Source: Octopus sinensis
Lineage: Eukaryota
Direction of reading: 5' to 3'
Assembly: GCF_006345805.1 (NCBI RefSeq)
Contig: NW_021833168.1
Location: forward strand, 1 to 29,124
DNA: 29,124 nt
A program made the position numbers and the translations under genes. Shown here piece by piece: positions 1 through 10,137 of this stretch (the stretch's first letter is position 1; each line of letters begins with the position of its first letter). Below the pieces are notes generated by a model. The model was not told the origin of the DNA. It worked only from the letters and a program-made list of their open reading frames with translations, and did no database searches.

Positions 1-41
1 ATATATATATATTCATACATTATATATATATATATACATCT
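1..41. repeat. (TA)n-rich microsatellite
   Basis: Interrupted TA dinucleotide run at the window start. Confidence 0.9.
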
Positions 42-691
42 ATATGGGTGCAGGAGGGTCACCGCTCGTGCAAATAACATACACACAAGATAGATTGCAA
101 GACGTGGACGGTAATAACAAAACAAACGAGTGAAATACGTAAACAATGAGGAAAAATAGAGAACAGAACAAGAGTGAAAGAGGATGTAGATAGATACATA
201 ATCAGGCAGATAGATAGATAGACATACAAATATAGATATAGGCTTAAAATCTTTTTTATGCTAAATCTCATGATGTACACATTCCCAGATGTATAAATGA
301 TTACAAGCAAAAATATTATAAGCCAAATTTTGGACATTTCAATGTTAAACGAACTTCGTTTCACTTATTTTTTGGCAAGAATACAACCATTTTCTACATA
401 TTATAGTTTTCTCGTCTTTACTTGAAGAAAAACAAACTCTTCTTATCTGACACATCGCACAGTCGCCTCGGCACCATTCTCCATTAATCTAACAGATGCC
501 TTAAAGAAAGAATAACTTTTACTTGCCAAATTTATGATGGTTGTAATCCCTAAGTAAGTGTGTACGAATGAAAATTGGTTGGCATATGAAAAATAAATTG
601 TTTACATTCTAAATAGCCACCGATAGGATAAAAAAAATCAATATTTAAGGGCAGGATAACGTGATTATTACATTCTGCTACATTCGATGAA

Positions 692-965
692 GATGCGTAG
701 CTGAGTGGTTAGGGTATTTCGTTCACGATCGTAGGGTCTTGGGTTCGATACCCAGCGACGTTTTGAGTGCTTGAGCGCGACACTTTATTTCCCGTATTTT
801 CTGTCCATTCGGTTGGCAAAAATGAGTAATTCCTGTAATTCAAAGGGGCCAGCTATCTCATATTCTTCGTGATACTGAGTCTCCCTGTGACCCATGGGAC
901 GGGTACTCGTGTCTGTGGAATGTTCAACCACAATAATTTCATGGGTAAGCGGTTCCTTTGATCTA
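692..965 (+). mobile_element. Degraded tRNA-derived SINE
   Basis: A-box-like TAGCTGAGTGG at 698-708 and B-box GGTTCGATACC at 742-752. The body (tgagtgcttgagcgcgacactttatttc) resembles the body of the SINE at 25505-25743. The 3' boundary is approximate. Confidence 0.7.
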
Positions 966-970
966 TGCCT

Positions 971-1200
971 ATTTCTTTAATACCCACAAGGGGCTAAACA
1001 CAGTGAGGACAAACAATGACAGACAAACGGATTAAGTCGATCACATCGGCCCCAGTGCGTAACAGGTACTTAAATTATCGACCCCGAAAGGATGAAAGGC
1101 AAAGTCGACCTCGGCAGAATTTGAACTCAGAACGTGACGGCAGACGAAATACGGCCACGCATTTCGCCCGACGTACCAACGTTTCTGCCAGCTCGCCGCC
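971..1200 (-). mobile_element. tRNA-headed SINE, major family of this window (copy 1)
   Basis: Contains the core ...atcgaccccgaaaggatgaaaggcaaagtcgacctcggcagaatttgaactcagaacg... shared with seven other copies here. On the minus strand it starts ggcggcgagctggcagaaacg and has a B-box-like gagttcaaattc. Confidence 0.9.
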
Positions 1201-1363
1201 TCCTTTGATCTATACCAGTGTCTAATATGCACTGGTATCGCCAGCGTGCTTATTAAACAATAATTATTAATCACAGAAGCAGTACTAATAACAAAGTTTA
1301 ATGGCTGCTATATCTAGTAATCTAGCGTCTGCAATGACAAGGCGAGCGAAAGCCTTAATCTAG

Positions 1364-1391
1364 TACGATGACTAGAACCCTAGTCATCGTA
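1364..1391. other. Perfect 12 bp hairpin (tacgatgactag-aacc-ctagtcatcgta)
   Basis: 1364-1375 is the exact reverse complement of 1380-1391, with a 4 nt loop. Confidence 0.9.
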
Positions 1392-2515
1392 ACCGACGGA
1401 GTGCTAGGCCGAAGAAAAAGGAAAATATGTAGCAAAAATTACATTCAGCATTACACATGAACCATAAATAACATACATCAATGGAAAGATATTTAAAAAA
1501 AACCCTGAAAGCAGTGCTTATACCTTTTCCGACAAGAGCGAGACACTTAACTGCACTTCTTTCGTTTTTATTCTGATATCATCAGACAAGCATAGACAGC
1601 CAATCGTTTTCGAAGTTGTGATTAAAGAATCGCATTATTAATATTGCTTCTTCTTGGACACAATTACTTCTGTTTATATTTTTAATGTTTTCCGTAAGAA
1701 CAATTTAATTATTATTTTTACGTTGTGATATCTTTTTTTATTATTTTAAAGTCTGAACCATATTTTATTTCGAATCGCCTTAGACATTTGTTTATTGATT
1801 ATTTCGTAAGTGGACAATGAAATAAGAGGCCGATAAAATAAGAGATTAATAAACCACAGTCAAATCGAGTTATGTAGATGCGATAAGTTTCACCTCACAA
1901 AAATGAAGTCGGGAAATTAAAAGGTGCGCCTCTGAATAAAAAGACAGTTGAAAGTAATATTCGAAACTAATAAGACATACATATTTCAGTAGATACTATC
2001 AGTATACGCTGTCTATTATAATAGTTGAAATGTTCAATACCATGACGAGGTTGTCGTCTGCACATGCAGACAGGAATCTAGTTTTTCCGTTTCGCGCAAA
2101 ATATAAATCAACATAATTGCCTCTGCAATCGATCAAGTGCCAAGACCTTATTAAACAGTGTTTTGATTAAAATTACGGAATAGATGTGTTGCTCGAGAGA
2201 GTCAGTGAAAGCAATCTATTTTAAAATAGTGTCAGCGACGCCTGCTCTGCATTGATAAAGGGCAAATACCCTGAAACTAGTCTGCAGATGCCTGACCAGC
2301 AAGGGGAAGCCGCTGACCTGCCCTGTTCGAAGGTTATAACGGACACAGGTTCGTGTATCACATAGCTAGCTAGAGGCGATTGCCTCTTGGAGCTAATCAA
2401 CGGCAGATTTCGTCCTATATTTATGGACTGCCATATTAGCTTGGCGATAACTATCAATACCCAGTACCGCAGCCGTAGTCTCCTTTAGAGAGACTTAGAA
2501 ATAATATTTCTATTA

Positions 2516-2715
2516 AATCCTTTCTACTATAGGCACAAGGCCTGAAATACTAGGGGGTGGCTAGTCGATTACATCGATCCCCGTACTCAACTGGTACTTC
2601 TTTTTTCGGATCTCAAAAAGACAAAATGCAAAGTCAACCCAGGCAGAATTTGAACTCAGACGTAATGCCACTCAGGTTTTCGCCTGGCGTGCTAACGATT
2701 CTGCTAGTTAGCCGC
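2516..2715 (-). mobile_element. Major-family SINE (copy 2, diverged)
   Basis: Matches the shared core and head: agtcgattacatcgatcc...aaagtcaacccaggcagaatttgaactcaga...gctaacgattctgctagttagccgc. Confidence 0.85.
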
Positions 2716-2716
2716 T

Positions 2717-2729
2717 TTGTTGTTGTTGT

Positions 2730-2762
<33 letters not shown>

Positions 2763-2835
2763 CGACGACAACGATGACGACGATGATGACGACGACGACG
2801 ACAATAATAATAATAATAATGATAATGATAATATG
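2717..2835. repeat. Compound trinucleotide microsatellite (GTT)n(GAT)n(GAC)n(AAT)n
   Basis: Directly visible. It explains the poly-V/D/N stretch in ORF 2557..2958. Confidence 0.95.
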
Positions 2836-3510
2836 ATTCAATACCATACATCGACTTTCATGGTTTCTTACCTGATTGGGAGAGTTATTATGAACATGTT
2901 TTGTCTTGGCATAAAAGCTGGGCTACTGCAAATATCCTGCTCAATGCCACAGATTTAAATGAGAGAGCAGTGCATGCCATCAAAGGGACACTGAGGAAAA
3001 ATATACGAAGCTCAGTGTACCCATCATGACTACCCATCTGATAAGGGTACACCAGGCACATGCATCACACTCATATGTACGCAATATGGTGATTTCATAT
3101 CAAGATAAACAGTGAATGACCTTGCAGGTGGGGCCCAGTTAGAATTTTCCGGCATGTCGAGTAGTCCATCCCGCTCAAAAGGTACCTGAATAAGGATTGT
3201 TTAAGGTTGTTGAACGAAACACCCATGGTTCTAGAGGTGAATTATTAAAACTGCAAAGAATTCCTTTCAACACACAGCTATGATGCTCCCCCACTATTTC
3301 TGCGTGATCAGAGATGCACATATCGTTAGCCACTAAGGGTCATGCTCAACTGGTTAAGGTCAAACAACTGACAAGCAAATCTGTGGTATTGAGAAAAATA
3401 TTTACTGTAGCCCATCCTTTATACCAAGACAAAACAATGTACATGACAACACTTCCAATCAGTTAAGTTCAGAAACCATGAGAGCCACTGCCTAGCACTG
3501 CATCAGGGCA
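2836..3510 (-). mobile_element. Interspersed repeat (main copy ~2957-3510, minus) with an inverted partial copy at ~2836-2956
   Basis: 2890-2956 is an imperfect reverse complement of 3377-3443 (tgaacatgttttgtcttggcataaaag...ccacagattt). Its segment 3157-3321 recurs at 5202-5368. Strand is inferred from the AAT-like flank; family not identified. Confidence 0.75.
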
Positions 3511-3536
3511 TTATATTATTATCATTATTATTATTA

Positions 3537-3739
3537 CGGAGATGTATTTGCATAACAAGTGACCTGATCTGAGATCGTGTGCTGGAGCGAAAACAAATGC
3601 TGCGTGGAAGGTGTTTATAAGCCATTTAAGAAACACACAAAACGTTTACATTCACTTCAACATTTAAATTTAATTTTCCAAAATATGTTCGTCGCTTTGA
3701 GACCGCGACCTCTTCACTGACAAAGTTCCGTGCTGCATC
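3537..3739 (-). mobile_element. ~200 bp hammerhead-bearing repeat, copy 1 (degenerate ribozyme at 3674-3724)
   Basis: Direct repeat of 4056-4258 with the same boundaries, about 85-90% identical by eye. Minus strand reads tttgtca GTGAAGA g gtcgc-ggtctcaaa-gcgac GAAC atattt tggaaaa, so core and stem I are damaged. Confidence 0.8.
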
Positions 3740-3745
3740 TCCATG

Positions 3746-3766
3746 CATTATTATTATTATCATTAT

Positions 3767-3817
<51 letters not shown>
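3746..3817. repeat. (ATT)n/(AAT)n microsatellite
   Basis: Directly visible. Confidence 0.95.
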
Positions 3818-3818
<1 letters not shown>

Positions 3819-3931
3819 CCTTTCGAAAATAGGCACAAGTCTGAAATTTGTGGGGAGAGCGCAAGTCGATTATATCCAGCCAAGTGTTTCATTGCGAAAG
3901 AATAGCAGGCAGATTCGACCTCAGTGGAAAT
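3819..3931 (-). mobile_element. Major-family SINE fragment (copy 3, heavily degraded)
   Basis: aggcacaagtctgaaatttgtgggg...agtcgattat...ttcgacctcagtggaaat matches the tail and core of copies 2 and 4. Confidence 0.65.
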
Positions 3932-4055
3932 ATGATAGGTATTATTATTATTATTATTATCATATTTCAACCAAGGTAAAGTGGATGCTGTTTTTGAAAA
4001 CCAGATTAATGCAGTAGTCCCCATATTGACTTTTGGTGCACTCTTGTTTATATTA

Positions 4056-4258
4056 CGTAGATGTACTTGCATAGCAAGTGATTTGATCTGAGATCGTGTG
4101 CTGTAACGAAAACAATTGCAGCGTGGAAGGTGATTGTAAGCCATTTAAGAAACACACAAAAGCCGTTCGATTCACTTCAACATTTAAGTTTAATTTGTCA
4201 AAATATTTTCGTCGCTATAAGACCGCGACCTGTTCACTGACAAAATCCGTGCTGCATC
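4056..4258 (-). mobile_element. ~200 bp hammerhead-bearing repeat, copy 2
   Basis: Direct repeat of 3537-3739 that carries the intact ribozyme fold at 4194-4244. Confidence 0.8.
4194..4244 (-). ncRNA. Minimal type I hammerhead ribozyme with G3-C8 variant core
   Basis: Minus strand: stem I tttgtca/tgacaaa (7 bp perfect), core GTGAACA plus one extra G, stem II gtcgc/gcgac (5 bp, 9 nt loop), GAAA, palindromic stem III AATATT, UUU cleavage triplet. Confidence 0.7.
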
Positions 4259-5201
4259 CGAGATTAAACACGTAATGTGCTATTCATTTCATATTCATGG
4301 AGAAAATCAATCAATTATACAACGCGAAGGAAAGAGGCCATTGCTGTCTTTACAACTTTTCCGATGCTAATAAGACACCCGTTCCATTTCACTACGAAAT
4401 CGCTTCTTCTTTCTAATATATAATGTATTGCCTGCATTAGACCACACACAGTAATTAGACTGGGTCTCGTATTACAGATTCAATTAATCCTAATAATCAT
4501 TTCATCTATATCTCCGGAATGATGGTAACTGGAAATTGAAATTCCGCAGGAACAAAACGCAATAGTATGAAAACATTATTGCAATATACAATATTTGCAG
4601 ACCGCTCTGTTTATAACAATTACGTCATAAGCATTTCTCATTTATTATAATGAATATATAAGCCGTACAATATATATGCTTTATACATATTTTATCCAGC
4701 CTGTAGGACTAAATTATGATGTCAAACGGTACTGGTGTTGGTATTAGGAAGGTAGCTACGTACAAATGTCTATAATTTCTGAATTACAGCTGATGGTTTG
4801 TTCACAAGAATCCGTTTACTACAGGCATGTACACACACACGGACACAGAATCAAACAGCTCGAAATAAACATGTTTATATATTTTACTGGCTTTAGTTGG
4901 TTAGCAGTCGCTTTGATAAGGCATTGCGTAGGTTAAGTCGAAAATATACCAACGCATATAAAACAAATTAGCATTCACAAATACATGTTGAATAATTAAC
5001 TCATTCAAGAATATATAATAATCAGTGAATATGAACCATATGTTACATATTTAACGCTTGTAACTTTTACGATACATCTGTTATTTCCAATTTGAAATGT
5101 TTTCATCACCCACATAATAGAGCTCATTACTTGTTGGATTACTGACACATGTGCCATTCTTCCATGTACCGCACATACACACCTAACTATGTGTCTTAAG
5201 G

Positions 5202-5368
5202 TCGAGTAGCCCATTCTGCTCAAAAGGTCCTTGAATAAGGGTTATTTAAGGATGTTGAACGCAACTGTCATCTTTCCAGGGGTGAATTATTAAAACTCCG
5301 AAGAATTCCTCTCAAGTTATAGCTATGATGCTCCCCCACTACTTCTCCTCGTGATCAGAGATGCACAT
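5202..5368 (-). mobile_element. Partial copy of the 2957-3510 repeat family
   Basis: Aligns to 3157-3321 (gctcaaaaggt..tgaataagg...ggtgaattattaaaact...gctatgatgctccccc...gtgatcagagatgcacata). Confidence 0.85.
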
Positions 5369-5376
5369 AAATACAA

Positions 5377-5438
5377 AAACACACACACACACATACACAC
5401 GCACACACACACAAACACACACACACATACACACACTC
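5377..5438. repeat. (CA)n microsatellite
   Basis: Directly visible. Confidence 0.95.
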
Positions 5439-5442
5439 ATTT

Positions 5443-5642
5443 GGCACGAAGCCAGAGGTTTCGGGGAGGGGACAACTCAATTACATCGACCACAGTCCTG
5501 AACTGGTACTTATTTTATAAACTCCGAAAGCATGAAAGGTAAAGTCGACTTCGGTAGCATTTGAACTTAGAACGTAAAGACGGACGAAATGCCGCTAAGC
5601 ATTCGGCCGGGTGTGCAAACAATTCTGCCAGCTCGTTGCCTT
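5443..5642 (-). mobile_element. Major-family SINE (copy 4)
   Basis: ttacatcgacc...aactggtacttatttt...ccgaaagcatgaaaggtaaagtcgacttcgg...gacggacgaaatgccgctaagcatt...ctgccagctcgttgcc. Confidence 0.9.
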
Positions 5643-5796
5643 ATACTGTCTCTCTTTTACACACACACGCGCACGCACACACACACGTGTGTGCGCATAT
5701 AGCATATATTACAACAACGTATGTAGTCATTTGTATTGCGTGAACATATGTCGCTATTGGAAAACATATCCAACGTTAAACTTTGGTGTTTATTGG

Positions 5797-5905
5797 CGGA
5801 GACGATGTTATGTGCTAAGAAGGTTCTTTCTCATCTACATGGTTCCAAGCTCAATCCCACTACGTGGCCCATTGAGCGAGTGTCTTCAACTATAGCCATG
5901 GGCCG
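5797..5905 (+). mobile_element. Degraded tRNA-SINE head and core (same family as 23441-23650)
   Basis: gtgctaagaaggttctttctcatctacatggttccaagctcaatcccact...gtgtcttcaactatagcc resembles gtggtaagaaaatttgtttcccaaccacagggttctgcgttcagtcccac at 23458 onward. Confidence 0.6.
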
Positions 5906-6314
5906 CTCGATATATATAAAAACTAAAGGCTGTGAAAGATTTCAGAACATTTATAAAGAGAAGGTCTTAAAGCTGTTTCCGGGATATTTTATATATTCCT
6001 TCATCGGAGTCGGTGTAGGTAAGAGACCAGGGAGGTATGTTGACCGTATGGAGGACCTTTGTTCTCAGCGGCCTGGACATACTAGTTTCATCTGTGGTCA
6101 CCAGATAGCGCCAGACTAATTGCAGACCTTCAAGCGGTCTAACGTCACTGCACTAAAAAGATTGTAACAGTGCAGCAGATGAACCACAGGGAAAGGATTA
6201 AAAAACTACGTCACTGTTTCCTGGAACGAATACGCAACAGATATGTAATAATCTACAAATGGAATGTTCTGGAAAGGCTAGCAGCTACTTTCGGCATCGA
6301 GTGTTATACAAATG

Positions 6315-6540
6315 CCTGAACTGGACACTACTCTTCTATGGTACATCCCTTTCCTAGGTAGTATTCTGGTATAGGCTCTTTTGAGTCCCAAAAATGGGTT
6401 AGCATTACCTTTCCTGCTGAAGACTGAGTCTTGAATTTCTTCGCCGCTGATGAGCCAGGATTTTTCCACTCCATACTCTGTCTTTTGAATTCTGACACAT
6501 AATAATAGACCCATGCTTCATCTCCTGTGCAACATATATT
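6315..6540 (-). pseudogene. Mariner (DD34D-type) transposase fragment with the first catalytic Asp
   Basis: Manual minus-strand translation from 6540 gives NICCTGDEAWVYYYVSEFKRQSMEWKNPGSSAAKKFKTQSSAGKVMLTHFWDSKEPIPEYYLGKGCTI, with the mariner TGDExW, KRQSMEW and SAGKVMLTxFWD motifs. Confidence 0.9.
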
Positions 6541-6543
6541 ACC

Positions 6544-6681
6544 TTGCTGGTCAACAAAGTAAAGCCAGCAATTCGCACCAAACAGCGAAGCCTATTGTCG
6601 AAGACAGTTTTGTTTTTGCATGACAATGCACGCCCACACACGAACGCCCAGACCGTTGAAACCATTAACCAATTGTGCTAA
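6544..6681 (+). pseudogene. Mariner transposase fragment with the second catalytic Asp (HDNARPH)
   Basis: Plus-strand translation: LLVNKVKPAIRTKQRSLLSKTVLFLHDNARPHTNAQTVETINQLC*. Confidence 0.9.
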
Positions 6682-8041
6682 AAACATCCGACACAGCTTC
6701 TGACCAGAGAAATCAGATCACTTCTCTTTGTTCTTCTTTGGTGCACACACTGCTAGTGGAGCGGCCATGTTTACACTGTAAAGGAAAATTGTGCATTCAA
6801 AATTCGTTCACGTGATCATAATAGAACCATAATCATAATCGTGATAATAATAGAACCAAATGTAAGCAGGCATGCCCAGGAGGTAGTGTGATAATATTGA
6901 AGATATGTTATGGCGAAAGTGCGGATAATTATTGACTTCCCGTCGTATATGAAAGTGCTTGCTTAGTCAGCAGCTCATGTTTCACACCACTGCCATCCTC
7001 TGACCAGCTCTGATAGAAAAACAATATGGAGGTTTATTTATATGGAAAGCGTGCGTTCTGCTCTTTGAATCAGTCGATAGGGTCATTTAAGTGGCGTAAT
7101 TTTGTTGAATGTCTTCTTGTTAGGTCTGTTTGGCTGTTCACATATGTTGTTTAATTCTATTGGTTTATTTATTAGTTTAATTTCATAATTAAATCTATTT
7201 TTGGTTTATTGATTGATAAAGGACAAGCCAATTTCTTTGATAAATAGAGTCTGTGTTATTTTTCTAAATATTCCTTTCAACGATAATTATAATCGCAGTA
7301 GAGCGTCGTTTTTGATGTATATCTTTTAACCCTTCATTTGGTCAATGATACAGGAATTATATATAGAGGTATTATGTAGTTGCGTCTATGTATCCGTTAA
7401 ACTAATTAAATTTGTTATGTTGATTATACTTTAGTTAAATTATTTCATTATAAATATGTGCTTATTGAATAGTTTCGAAGTCTTCTATTCTGATTGATAT
7501 TAATAGTTATGGTCCAGTGATTTTTGATAATGTGTAGTTTGAAATTCGATTTAGACAAGATTAAAGGATTTAATGCTAGATTACATATGCGAGGTTGCAC
7601 ATACAATTTATCTGCTAAACTAATTAAGTATGTTTATTTGTTTATTAGAGTTGTCTGTCTTTCGTTAGAAAGAAGTATGTGATCATCGACGAATTGGTGA
7701 GCGTCACGTAATACTTAAAGCATTAATAGCGAGTGAGGTTACTACGGAAAGCGTCATAATAGGTTTTATAATGATTTAGCGGTTCGTGTGTGCGTGTGTG
7801 TGTGTGATAGTGTGTGTGACTGTTGCTTTTTTTTTATTTACAATTTTCCACTCTCAGAAGCACACACTTATTGCGGCGGTCTTTCAGTTCTTCTAAGCCT
7901 TATAAAAGAACTCGGGCGGTTCGGCTTCAAACCAGGCCTTTAGCGATACCCTTAAAGCTAGGAACTGTTTAAAAAATCCCTACTATACGTGCACACACTC
8001 ACGCACACACATACACACCTACTCACACACACACACACAAG

Positions 8042-8080
<39 letters not shown>

Positions 8081-8187
8081 TCGGGGTGAGTACTTGATAA
8101 TTATAAGCACCTGTGTATACCGTTTGGTGGTGTAGGTGGTGGAGTAAATTGATCAAAATAAAATAAAAACATGATGCGAAGGATTCA

Positions 8188-8265
8188 GCGGTACATATGT
8201 TTCGAGCCTTTATTAGACAGATTTATAACAATGCATAATGTATGTCTGTGGCCTTCTTCAGCCGC
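8188..8265 (-). ncRNA. Minimal type I hammerhead ribozyme (left arm)
   Basis: Minus strand: gcgg CTGAAGA aggcc...ggctc GAAAC atat GTA ccgc. Stem I 4 bp, palindromic stem III ACATATGT, GUA site. Confidence 0.8.
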
Positions 8266-8628
8266 GCACAACAGCTTCCACAAGGACATGTGTTACATCA
8301 AAAATTCTTGGTTGGGGATGCAAATCCTCTCATTCACGTACGACATAATGCGGCAGCAGCATAGAATTGAAGCGATTCTATTCTTACACTTTTTATACAT
8401 TTTTTATCCCTCGTCCCGAACTCTCGCCCCTCCATCTTCACCTCTATATATGTATTTATTTATTTACATTACTCAACATCCAATTTCCTCATTCTACATT
8501 GAGAGAAGAAAGAGATGGACGCTTCAATTCTATGCTGCTGCCGCATTATGTCGTACGTGAATGAGAGGATTTGCATCCCCAACCAAGAATTTTTGATGTA
8601 ACACATGTCCTTGTGGAAGCTGTTGTGC

Positions 8629-8706
8629 GCGGCTGAAGAAGGCCACAGACATACATTATGCATTGTTATAAATCTGTCTAATAAAGGCCCGAAACATATG
8701 TACCGC
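8629..8706 (+). ncRNA. Minimal type I hammerhead ribozyme (right arm)
   Basis: Stem I gcgg (8629-32), CTGAAGA (8633-39), aggcc...ggccc, GAAA (8691-94), palindrome ACATATGT (8694-8701), GUA triplet (8700-02), ccgc (8703-06). Confidence 0.8.
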
Positions 8707-8731
8707 TGAATCCTTCGCATCATGTTTTTTA

Positions 8732-8872
<141 letters not shown>

Positions 8873-9107
8873 GGAGGCGCAATGGCCCATGGTTAGGGCA
8901 GCGGACTTGCGGTCGGAGGATCGCGGTTTCGACTCCCAGACCGGCGTTGTTGTGTGTTTATTGAGCGAAAACACCTAAAAGCTCCACGAGGCTCCGGCAG
9001 GGGGTGGTGGTGATCCCTGCTGTACTTTTTCACCACTCTAAAGGCGGTGCTCCAGCATGGACGCAGTCAAATGACTGGAACAAGTACAAAAAAAAAAGAA
9101 AAGAAAA
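8873..9107 (+). mobile_element. tRNA-derived SINE with A-rich tail
   Basis: A-box-like tggcccatgg and B-box-like ggtttcgactccc. The 3' block aaggcggtgctccagcatgg (9041-9060) recurs at 18862-18881. Ends in an A-rich tail. Confidence 0.85.
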
Positions 9108-10100
9108 ATATATATGGAAAACAAGGACAAAAATGTTACTTTCTTAAAATTGTGTACGTTTTAATCTTCCTTTTATATGTTTCTGTTTCGGTTTTTGAAA
9201 AACCTTATCATAAATATGTACTAAACTGGAATATGTAAAGAGAAAGAACTATTAAAAAAATTAAATTAAAATTCATAGTTAGCTTTCCTTTTTCCTGCAA
9301 GAACGCGTGATAATATCCTTTGGTTCTGGTTACCTCTAGAAATCTTTTCAAATATATATATATTATATGTAAATATGTATATATATTTATATGTATGTAT
9401 ATGTGTGAGTGTGTGAGTTCCTTTCGTCTGTATGTATAATATTTGTAAATTATATATATAAACGTATAAATTCAGAACGTTGCATGTGCAATGTGCGCCA
9501 TGATAACAATTAAAACACCAACAAAAAAATCATCTTTACAAATATCCAAGCGACTAGAAACTTTTTCTGTTAACTTTGGCGGTTAATTCTAAATCCTGTC
9601 GGCGACATAACCTTTTAACAGACAAGCTTGTTTTTATAGTCCTTAATAAGTTGTAATTAACCAATTAAATGTCGGATATGTGTGACTATAAATAGATTTA
9701 TAATTTAAAAATTAAATATGGAAGTAGATACAAATACATTATTTGCAGCTACGTAAATTATCCACTGTAAAATGGGGTGGGGATATAAAAGTTACTGAAG
9801 AAGTTTGTTATTTATTTCAGAAAAACATGGCATCGCTATGAAGATAATAAGAGACATCTGGCAAGAGCTACACACGAGAAACGTATCTTCATAATCGGTG
9901 CCTGATCTGTTTAAAGAATGTATTAATATATAGACAAGCAACTTCGTACATTCTGGTTAAGAGATGCTCTACAGTTAAACGTTAGAATATCTACGAAGGA
10001 CTGCTGAACGTTCTCGGGTTTAAGGGCATCGTGAAAGTCCTCGTTAGAGAAACAAACTTCCCAGTTCGTTTAGAGAGATTAGAAAAACTGAAGGACCGAC

Positions 10101-10134
<34 letters not shown>

Positions 10135-10137
<3 letters not shown>

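Noticed and set aside
410-500. Possible minus-strand host exon (tttaag or ttag acceptor, gtaaag donor; one frame reads INGEWCRGDCAMCQIRRVCFSS)
   Set aside because: No recognisable domain and no partner exons. The stronger acceptor gives stops in all three frames.
1041-1274. ISTLAIPV in a minus-strand ORF, resembling the R4 INTLAIPV motif
   Set aside because: Only eight residues match and the flanks show no further similarity; most of the ORF is SINE sequence.
1540-1590. Minus-strand CTGATGA...GAAA
   Set aside because: No stem II or stem I pairing.
2221-2470. GC-richer block with a 78 aa minus-strand ORF
   Set aside because: No motif recognised in any frame; cannot assign.
2985-3053. Overlapping hairpins acactgag/ctcagtgt and gtgtaccc/gggtacac containing CTGAGGA and CTGATAA
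   Set aside because: No correctly placed GAAA or stem III, so not a hammerhead.
8375-8564. ORFs across the small fold-back (e.g. ...[28 protein letters not shown]...)
   Set aside because: Resemblance to a PLE endonuclease C-terminus is too weak. The paired ORFs simply mirror the inverted repeat.
9794-9895. CTGAAGA..GAAA at ~9796 and a 10 bp inverted repeat tatgaagata/tatcttcata enclosing GAAACGTA
   Set aside because: The first lacks stems. The second lacks a CUGANGA-like core next to the stem.
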